Shown in pieces: positions 57,228 to 64,000 of a stretch of 64,000 nt of DNA. A program made the translations under genes and the position numbers. The stretch is from contig CACXDL010000041.1 of NCBI GenBank assembly GCA_902766395.1, forward strand, positions 1,400-65,399, given 5' to 3'. This DNA comes from an uncultured bacterium (GTDB taxonomy: Bacteria > Cyanobacteriota > Vampirovibrionia > Gastranaerophilales > Gastranaerophilaceae). Below the pieces are notes generated by a model, which did no database searches, was not told the DNA's origin, and worked only from the letters and a program-made list of their open reading frames with translations. How positions within the stretch are numbered: the stretch's first letter is position 1; each line of letters begins with the position of its first letter.

Positions 57228-58829
57228 ATGGCTGAAAAATTTAATAGAGCGACATTTACTCGTAATTTTTTGAAAAATTTAACAAGAATAAAAAATCCTG
57301 ATGAAATGCTTGCAGAAGCTAACGAAGGAAGTGGTTTGGAAAAAACTTTAGGCGTGTGGGATTTAATATTACTTGGAGTAGGTGCAATAATTGGTTCAGG
57401 AATATTTGCAGTTGTAGGTATCGCTGCAGCAGGCAGTCCTGATGGATCTTCACTGGGCGCAGGACCGGCATTGGCTGTATCTATGATTATCGCAGCAATT
57501 GCGTGTGTTTTTTCAGCACTATGTTATTCTGAATTTGCTACAATGATTCCTGTTGCCGGAGGTGCCTATACATACACTTTTGCAACTTTAGGGGAATTTG
57601 CAGCCTGGATGGTTGGCTGGGTACTGATGCTTGAGTATGCCATCGGGTTTATAGCTGTTGCTTGTGCATGGTCAAATTATTTTGTTCAATTTATGGCAGG
57701 ATTTGAAAAAGTTCTACCTTCCTGGTTGGCGCATCCGCCTGTATGGCTTACTACAGATGTTTTTTCAGCGAGCAAGATAGCAGCTGCAAATCCTGATGTA
57801 TTTATTCCGACATTATTTGGAGTTCCAATATGTATCAATTTACCTGCAATTGTTATGGTTATATTGACAACTCTTATATTGATAAAAGGCACAAAAGATT
57901 CTGCAAAAATGGCTGGAATAATGGTATTTATCAAACTTGCAGTTATTGCTTTATTTGTTTTGGCCGGAGCATTCTATGTTACTCCTGAGAATTGGACACC
58001 TTTTGCTCCAAACGGATTTAACGGAATTTTTGCAGGAGCATTTATAATATTTTTTGCATATATTGGCTTTGATGCATTAGCAACAACCGCAGAAGAGTGT
58101 AAAAATCCTCAAAAGGATTTACCGATTGGTATTATAGGTTCATTAATTGTGACAACGATTGTATATGTTCTTGTCGCATTAATTATGACAGGTATGATAT
58201 CTACCTCCGGAAATGTCCCTACAGAATTTTTAAAAGCTCCTTTATCATTCTGTATGTCAATGGTACATCAGGATTGGATTGCGGGCTTGATATCTATTGG
58301 TGCATTGGCAGGTTTAACATCTGTACTTTTGGTTATGGAAATGGCTACAACAAGAATATTATTTGCAATGAGCAGAGACCATTTTATATCAAAAAGATTT
58401 CAGAGAATTCATCCAAAGTTCAAAACTCCGGTATTACTTACCTGGACAGTGGGAGCATTGGCAATATTGGGAATTTTGACATTGAATTTGAATATTGCAG
58501 CAGAACTTTGTAATTATGGAACTTTTACATCTTTTATAATTGTATGTGTGGCAGTTCTGATTTTAAGACATACGGATCCAAACAGACCAAGACCATTCAA
58601 AGTTCCGTTTTCTCCGGTAACCCCAATATTAGGGATTATATGCTGTGGCGGTTTGATGGTTTATAAATCATTAGAAGCCGGCAGTTCTGCTTTACTGTTC
58701 CCTGTATGGTTAGGAGTGGGGGCAATCATATATTTACTATATGGATTTATTAGAAACAGAGATAATGAAAATAAAATTCACCGTGAACTTGTAAGCGGAT
58801 TTTTAAAAGACAGTGATGAAAGTAAATAA
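57228..58829 (+). CDS. APC-superfamily amino acid permease (CAT/YhdG-like)
   Basis: About 13 TM segments. GAIIGSGIF and FFAYIGFDA..T.AEE..NPQ+DLP motifs. Confidence 0.85.
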   Translation: MAEKFNRATFTRNFLKNLTRIKNPDEMLAEANEGSGLEKTLGVWDLILLGVGAIIGSGIFAVVGIAAAGSPDGSSLGAGPALAVSMIIAAIACVFSALCYSEFATMIPVAGGAYTYTFATLGEFAAWMVGWVLMLEYAIGFIAVACAWSNYFVQFMAGFEKVLPSWLAHPPVWLTTDVFSASKIAAANPDVFIPTLFGVPICINLPAIVMVILTTLILIKGTKDSAKMAGIMVFIKLAVIALFVLAGAFYVTPENWTPFAPNGFNGIFAGAFIIFFAYIGFDALATTAEECKNPQKDLPIGIIGSLIVTTIVYVLVALIMTGMISTSGNVPTEFLKAPLSFCMSMVHQDWIAGLISIGALAGLTSVLLVMEMATTRILFAMSRDHFISKRFQRIHPKFKTPVLLTWTVGALAILGILTLNLNIAAELCNYGTFTSFIIVCVAVLILRHTDPNRPRPFKVPFSPVTPILGIICCGGLMVYKSLEAGSSALLFPVWLGVGAIIYLLYGFIRNRDNENKIHRELVSGFLKDSDESK

Positions 58830-58832
58830 TTG

Positions 58833-60356
58833 ATGAATATAAAAGAAATTAGCCGGAATTTATTAAAAAAGAAAAGTTTGGATGATTTAATCGCTACAAG
58901 TAAAAAGTCCGAACTTAAGAAAACTTTAAATGTTTTCGACCTTATAGTTATTGGAATAGGTGCTGTGGTTGGGACCGGAATATTTACAATTATCGGAACC
59001 GCAATAACAGGAGGAGTAGAGAGCGCAGGAGCAGGACCTGCAATTATCATTTCAATGATATTGGCTGCTATAGCTTGCGTATTTACAGCTCTTTGTTATT
59101 CTGAAATTGCCGCAATGATTCCGGTTGCAGGAAGTGCATATACATACACTTATGCTACCATGGGTGAATTTATGGCCTGGATGGTTGGCTGGATTTTGAT
59201 GCTTGAGTATGCAATAGGAAATATTACGGTTGCAAGCGCCTGGACAGGATATTTTGTCCAATTTTTGAAGGGTTTCAAACAATATTTACCCGATTTTGTT
59301 GTAAATTTTCCAATATGGTTAAGAGCTGATTACAAAACTATGGAAGCAGTTTGTCTCAATAATCATTGGGATATACATGATAAAATACCTTATTTATTCG
59401 GTCATATCCCTGTTGCAATTAATTTACCCGCAGTTGCAATTGTTTTAGCATTAACTTTATTACTAATAAAAGGAGTAAAAGAATCGACCAGAGTTGCAAG
59501 TATAATGGTTGGGGTAAATCTTTTTATGATATTATCCTTTGTTATTGTTGGGGCTTTTTATGTAAAACCCGAAAACTGGACACCCTTTTTTCCATCTGAT
59601 CCTTCAGGAATTATAATGGGGGCTTTTTTAATATTCTTTGCATATATTGGTTTTGATGCCATTTCAACTACGGCAGAAGAAACTGAAAATCCACAAAGAG
59701 ACTTGCCGGTTGCGATTTTAGGTACGCTTATTATTTGTACAATTTTATATGTAAGTGTTGCTCTTGTTTTAACCGGTATTGTACCAATAGATAAAATAGA
59801 CGTTACCGCTCCGATAGCGCATGCAATGAGTTTTGTTGGTAAAGATTGGTTTGCAGGATTAATTTCGGTTGGTGCGTTATGTGCGTTAACGACTGTTTTA
59901 TTAGTTTATCAATTAGGAACTACGAGAATTTTGTATGCCATAAGTCGTGACAGATTTTTGCCAAGATCCTGGAGAGCAATACATAAAAAATTTAAAACCC
60001 CATACGTAATGACATGGATTTCAGGAGTCGTAGTTATTGTTTGCGGTCTTTTTATGGATTTAAATATTTCGGCTGCATTATGTAATTTTGGGACATTTAC
60101 TTCTTTTGTAATAATTTGCGTTGCAGTATTAATTTTGAGAAAGACCGAACCTGACAGAAACAGACCGTTCAAAGTTCCTTTCTGTCCGTGGTTCCCGCTT
60201 GCAGGAATTACTATATGCGCATTGCTAATAATATATTCTATGAAGACTCTAAAAACATCTTCAAGTTATTTTATAATATGGCTTGCTGTAGGTTTGTTAA
60301 TTTATGCATTATACGGATATAAACAAAAGCGTCTTGGAGATAAAAAGAACTCATAA
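58833..60356 (+). CDS. APC-superfamily amino acid permease, tandem paralogue
   Basis: Same motifs as the preceding gene (GAVVGTGIF, FFAYIGFDAISTTAEETENPQRDLP). ATG at 58833. Confidence 0.85.
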   Translation: MNIKEISRNLLKKKSLDDLIATSKKSELKKTLNVFDLIVIGIGAVVGTGIFTIIGTAITGGVESAGAGPAIIISMILAAIACVFTALCYSEIAAMIPVAGSAYTYTYATMGEFMAWMVGWILMLEYAIGNITVASAWTGYFVQFLKGFKQYLPDFVVNFPIWLRADYKTMEAVCLNNHWDIHDKIPYLFGHIPVAINLPAVAIVLALTLLLIKGVKESTRVASIMVGVNLFMILSFVIVGAFYVKPENWTPFFPSDPSGIIMGAFLIFFAYIGFDAISTTAEETENPQRDLPVAILGTLIICTILYVSVALVLTGIVPIDKIDVTAPIAHAMSFVGKDWFAGLISVGALCALTTVLLVYQLGTTRILYAISRDRFLPRSWRAIHKKFKTPYVMTWISGVVVIVCGLFMDLNISAALCNFGTFTSFVIICVAVLILRKTEPDRNRPFKVPFCPWFPLAGITICALLIIYSMKTLKTSSSYFIIWLAVGLLIYALYGYKQKRLGDKKNS

Positions 60357-60415
60357 ATTTATACACTTTTAAAAAGTAATATTTATGCTATAATATATTA
60401 CAAGGAGTGTGAATT

Positions 60416-60763
60416 ATGTCATTACGAAACGAAAGAGTCAGAAAAGAATTAATGCGTGATATATCTGAGATTTTGCGTAAAGAAATAAGAGGATTAAAAG
60501 GCGTTGTTTCTATTGTAGATGTAGAAGTTTCACATGACAATTCTTTTGCAAAGGTAATTTATAGTGTTTTAGGTTCAGAAGAAGATATTAATACAACAAA
60601 AGAAATTATAGAAAAATCTACTCCAAAAATTCGATATAATGTTGGTAAAGTTTTGCGTTTACGTCTTACTCCCGAATTAAGATTTGTTTATACAAACGGG
60701 TTGGAAGAGTCTTCAAGAGTTGTTGATTTGATAAATAAAATATCAAGAGGAGAAATAAAGTAA
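60416..60763 (+). CDS. rbfA: Ribosome-binding factor A
   Basis: R..RV...+.I..il motif, VEVS.D...A.V.Y and P.L.F..D motifs. Precedes truB. Confidence 0.9.
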   Translation: MSLRNERVRKELMRDISEILRKEIRGLKGVVSIVDVEVSHDNSFAKVIYSVLGSEEDINTTKEIIEKSTPKIRYNVGKVLRLRLTPELRFVYTNGLEESSRVVDLINKISRGEIK

Positions 60764-61678
60764 TTGTTTGGTTTTATAAATGTTTTAAAGCCCAGAGGAA
60801 GAACATCATTTCAGGTTGTTTCTTATTTGAGGAAAATCACAAAAATCAGACAAATCGGTCATATGGGGACTTTAGACCCATTTGCAGAAGGAGTTTTACC
60901 GGTATGTATTGGTAAAGCAACCAAATTAATAGAATATTTAACAGATAATAAATCTTACATTGCAGAAATCAAATTTGGCGCAGAAACAGATACATTTGAT
61001 TTGGACGGTAAGATTGTAAGAACATACGATAAAAAAGTTAGCCAAGATGAAGTTCTTGCAGGCTTAAACAATTTCAGAGGTGAAATTTCTCAAATACCTC
61101 CAATTTATTCTGCTATAAAAATCGGGGGCAAAAAATTATATGATTACGCTAGGGAGGGAAAAGATGTTGAAATTAAACCCCGGAAGGTTACCATTTTTGC
61201 AATAAACTTACTCTCTTTTGATGAAGGTAACCAAATTGCCAAAATATCTGTAAGATGCTCAAAAGGAACATACATCCGTTCTATCGCATATGATTTGGGG
61301 AAGATTTTGGAATGTGGAGGATATTTAACAGCCCTTGAACGTGACAAATCAGGCTTTTTTGATTTAATTGGAGCGGTAAAAATGGAAGATTTGCAAACCA
61401 TAGAGGATGTTGAAAAGCATTTAATTAATCCTTTGGATGTTATGCCTCACCTGAAATACTCTATGGAGGAAAAAGAATACGAACGAGTTAAAAATGGAAT
61501 GTGGATTGGTTTTAATAAGGCAAATGTTTCATACCCACAAACTCCGGAAGATGTTATCCGAGTTCTTGAAAAATATTCTAATATTGTAATTTTAACATAT
61601 AGTGGTAAAATTTATGCAATAGGAAAAGTTGACAAAGACAGAATAGTTATAGAAAAGGTATTAGCAGAGGTTTTATGA
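60764..61678 (+). CDS. truB: tRNA pseudouridine(55) synthase
   Basis: GHMGTLDPFAEGVLPVCIG catalytic motif. TTG start immediately after the rbfA stop. Confidence 0.9.
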   Translation: MFGFINVLKPRGRTSFQVVSYLRKITKIRQIGHMGTLDPFAEGVLPVCIGKATKLIEYLTDNKSYIAEIKFGAETDTFDLDGKIVRTYDKKVSQDEVLAGLNNFRGEISQIPPIYSAIKIGGKKLYDYAREGKDVEIKPRKVTIFAINLLSFDEGNQIAKISVRCSKGTYIRSIAYDLGKILECGGYLTALERDKSGFFDLIGAVKMEDLQTIEDVEKHLINPLDVMPHLKYSMEEKEYERVKNGMWIGFNKANVSYPQTPEDVIRVLEKYSNIVILTYSGKIYAIGKVDKDRIVIEKVLAEVL

Positions 61679-62520
61679 AAAAAATAATATTATTGCTGGG
61701 GATATTTTTATTAAGTATTAATTCATCATTTGGTGCAAAATGTGAATATCAATGTGTTCAGCCATATGATATGAATAATAAAATCAGTTCCTTTTTCAGT
61801 TCAGTAACAGGTTTAAATTTTCTTAGAACAAAAATAACTGAAAGTGTTATAAAAAATACACTTATAAATGTCACCCAGGGAAATAAAAAAATAAAAGTCA
61901 ATATAGATTCATATAGTGCAAAAGATTTAGCAAATGGCATATTCAAATCCTTAAATCTCAGTGGGAATGATATTATTATTAATGATATTTATATTTCGGC
62001 AATAGAATTAAAATCCTTATGTGATTTCAACTATATAAAATACGACAGAAAAGGAAATGTAGCTTTTAAAGAAGATTTTCCTCTATCGTTTTATCTTGTA
62101 ATGAGCGCATCTGATATCAGTAATACGATGCATTCTGATAAGTATAAAAAAGTGATTAATCATTTGAATAAATTTAGTTTTGCAGGGATAAAAGTTTCCT
62201 CTGCAGATGTTTCAATTAGGGGGAACAAATTTTACTATACAATATATGTATCAATTCCTTTTATGAGAGAACAAAAAGTTGAATTAGCAGCAGATCTAAA
62301 GGTCAAAAACGGAGAAATAGATTTTGAAAATACAAGACTTTCTTCAAATTCGTTTAAAATAGATCTCAAAAAAGCTAATTCCATAATAAAACATTTAAAT
62401 CCTCTTGATTTTTCTATGAATATTTTTGATAATAAAAATGCAAAAATTACTATTAAAAATATAGAAATAAAAAATAATGAAATTCATACAGATGGAATTA
62501 TAGTTATTCCTAAAGACTAA
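61675..62520 (+). CDS. Secreted DUF2993/LmeA-like protein
   Basis: Signal peptide. Repeated ...V.i.s.sa.dl..G.f..l.l.g....i..i.i pattern typical of this family. Recognised by eye. Confidence 0.5.
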   Translation: MKKIILLLGIFLLSINSSFGAKCEYQCVQPYDMNNKISSFFSSVTGLNFLRTKITESVIKNTLINVTQGNKKIKVNIDSYSAKDLANGIFKSLNLSGNDIIINDIYISAIELKSLCDFNYIKYDRKGNVAFKEDFPLSFYLVMSASDISNTMHSDKYKKVINHLNKFSFAGIKVSSADVSIRGNKFYYTIYVSIPFMREQKVELAADLKVKNGEIDFENTRLSSNSFKIDLKKANSIIKHLNPLDFSMNIFDNKNAKITIKNIEIKNNEIHTDGIIVIPKD

Positions 62521-62532
62521 TTGGAGTTTAAT

Positions 62533-63132
62533 ATGGAAAAAAATCAAAAAATATTATTAACAATTCTTGCACTCGTAATGATATTCATATTGGGAGTAGT
62601 TGCTTTCAACATTTTTATGCCTAAACCGGAAGTTAAACCCAATGATATAGAAGTTTCACAACGAAATACAGAAGAAGAGCAAATTCAAACACCTGAAGTA
62701 AAAACCAAAGAATATATAAACATATACTTTATTGGTAAAAATGGAAGCAATGAAGAAATATACAAAGCCGTAAAACGAGTATACGATAAGGATGTAGATG
62801 GTTCAAAGATCAGTTTTGCAATTCACGCATTGATAAGCGGTCCTGTCCCGGATGAAATTAAACATGGTGTTTATACAGAAATTCCAAGCGGAACAAGAGT
62901 TATAAAAATAACAGAAATGTCAGACAGAGTTATCGTAAACCTGAATTCTGAATATGTAAACGGAGGTGGAGCAGATAGCCTTTATAAAAGGTTATATCAG
63001 CTGATAAAAACAGCAAAATTAAATTCCTCTTTGCCGGTCTACCTTTACATTGAAGGACAGATGGCAGATGTTATAGGTGGAGAAGGCATAATGTTATCAC
63101 AACCTTTAAGCAATTCATCTTTAGAAAATTAA
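62533..63132 (+). CDS. GerM(N)-domain membrane-anchored protein
   Basis: TM anchor, then IYFIGK...AIHALISGP...GVYTEIPSGTRV...VIVNLNSEY...LYQLIKT......VYLYIEGQ, which matches the GerMN pattern. ATG at 62533 (GGAG Shine-Dalgarno). Confidence 0.65.
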   Translation: MEKNQKILLTILALVMIFILGVVAFNIFMPKPEVKPNDIEVSQRNTEEEQIQTPEVKTKEYINIYFIGKNGSNEEIYKAVKRVYDKDVDGSKISFAIHALISGPVPDEIKHGVYTEIPSGTRVIKITEMSDRVIVNLNSEYVNGGGADSLYKRLYQLIKTAKLNSSLPVYLYIEGQMADVIGGEGIMLSQPLSNSSLEN

Positions 63133-63149
63133 ATAGTGATTTAGTAAAT

Positions 63150-63425
63150 ATGGAAGAGATAAAAAAAGATTTAGACTATTATTTAAATTTAAATTGGACA
63201 TTAATTGAAGGGCAGGATTTGGATTTTGACGGAAATCCTTATTTTTATATTGAGATTAAGGAAATACCAAGTTTCACATTCTGCGCAAAAACTTTGGCAA
63301 GAGCAAGGGAGAATTATAAAAAACAACTACGCTTATCACTAATGGTCATGCTTGAAAATAATGAAGTTATTCCTGAACCGGGACAAGAAGACGATGATGT
63401 TGATTGGGAAAAACTTTGCCCATAA
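63150..63425 (+). CDS. Small acidic hypothetical protein (weak HicB/UPF0150-like pattern)
   Basis: 91 aa. YFYIEIKEIPSFTFCAKTLARARENYKKQLRLSLMVMLENNEVIPEP resembles the HicB-like fold signature. No HicA-like partner is adjacent. Confidence 0.3.
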   Translation: MEEIKKDLDYYLNLNWTLIEGQDLDFDGNPYFYIEIKEIPSFTFCAKTLARARENYKKQLRLSLMVMLENNEVIPEPGQEDDDVDWEKLCP

Positions 63426-63426
63426 A

Positions 63427-63942
63427 CTATGTTAATTTATTAATAATTTTTTGCACTTGTTTTTTTAGATTTTCATAATCGCCGTTATTATCTATCATAA
63501 AATCCCAATCTTTTATGTGGTCAAGACCGATTTCAGTAATATCATCCTCTCCGGCCAGACTGCCACCTCTTTCTAACCGAATATCCCTGTTTGCCTCAAC
63601 TCTTATTGTAGTTGCACCTGCAGCCTTGAATATCTCATACTCATGAGGGACTCTGACATCTGTAACTATAATATTTCCATCTTGTTGCAGTATTTTTTTA
63701 AGCCAGTAATCCTGATTTTGCTGCCTCCCCCAGTTACCAAGATTTATCAAATCTTGTCTGTATAATGGTTTGTTCTTTTCAACTTCTTCATATGTAATGC
63801 CTTTACTTTTTGCATATGTAATTTTTATAATATCACCCATAGCACATCTTTTATAATTCGGCATCTTATCCAACATAATTTTTGCTGCCGTATCCTTGCC
63901 AGAGTATTGTTTCCCGGAAAAAACTATTATTTTATCAACCAT
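63427..63942 (-). CDS. P-loop kinase resembling animal-type phosphomevalonate kinase / dNMP kinase family
   Basis: P-loop FSGKQYSGKDT. Blocks VTDVRVPHEYEIFKAAGA, TIRVEANRDIRLERGG and DDITEIGLDHIKDWDFMIDNNG line up with my recollection of human PMVK ([58 protein letters not shown]). Confidence 0.55.
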   Translation of the reverse strand: MVDKIIVFSGKQYSGKDTAAKIMLDKMPNYKRCAMGDIIKITYAKSKGITYEEVEKNKPLYRQDLINLGNWGRQQNQDYWLKKILQQDGNIIVTDVRVPHEYEIFKAAGATTIRVEANRDIRLERGGSLAGEDDITEIGLDHIKDWDFMIDNNGDYENLKKQVQKIINKLT

Positions 63943-64000
63943 AAAAATCCTATATTTTTTTATTATTTACAACTTCGATTATATATAAAATAACACTCAA

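Overview
This is an AT-rich, gene-dense chromosomal segment with about 60 protein-coding genes on both strands. I found no rRNA or tRNA genes, no CRISPR array, and no transposase, integrase or phage genes. Most of it is housekeeping: mutS2 (5' end cut by the window edge), ispH-rpsA, atpD-atpC, minCDE, secG, ccdA, ribH, murQ, gpsA, rsmG, dapB, relA/spoT, proBA, glyQ, rbfA-truB. There are diderm envelope genes (Skp-like, TolC-like, TolA/TonB-ExbB-ExbD-ExbD, SLT transglycosylase) and second-messenger genes (GAF-HD-GYP, PilZ, Rel). The diderm markers, the atpD-atpC operon split away from the other atp genes (the cyanobacterial arrangement), and the low GC content suggest a Melainabacteria/Vampirovibrionia-like organism. 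That assignment is inference only.

The most interesting items, all unverified:
1. A divergent RelA/SpoT-homologue gene (17389-18822) keeps the ordered synthetase motifs but carries an insertion of about 140 residues. It is tightly followed by a small unknown ORF, so it may be a toxSAS-like or effector/immunity pair.
2. Two sigma-28 (FliA)-type promoter matches sit in front of orphan, terminator-bounded genes. One gene (32379-33647) has flagellin-like terminal-helix architecture but does not look like a known flagellar family.
3. A 40-bp promoter-like motif (GCAATTTT-N14-CTTTATA) recurs upstream of three unrelated transcription units.
4. A -10 hexamer-N6-ATG geometry recurs at 8-9 genes that lack a Shine-Dalgarno sequence, which suggests widespread leaderless mRNAs.
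5. A BlaI-family repressor has a non-canonical small partner. It lies divergent from two secreted VirB10/TrbI-like proteins and a TolA/TonB-ExbB-ExbD2 motor cluster.
6. MinE carries an acidic tail of about 110 residues.
7. An animal-type phosphomevalonate-kinase-like P-loop kinase occurs in a genome that encodes IspH.

All family assignments come from reading motifs by eye. No searches were run.
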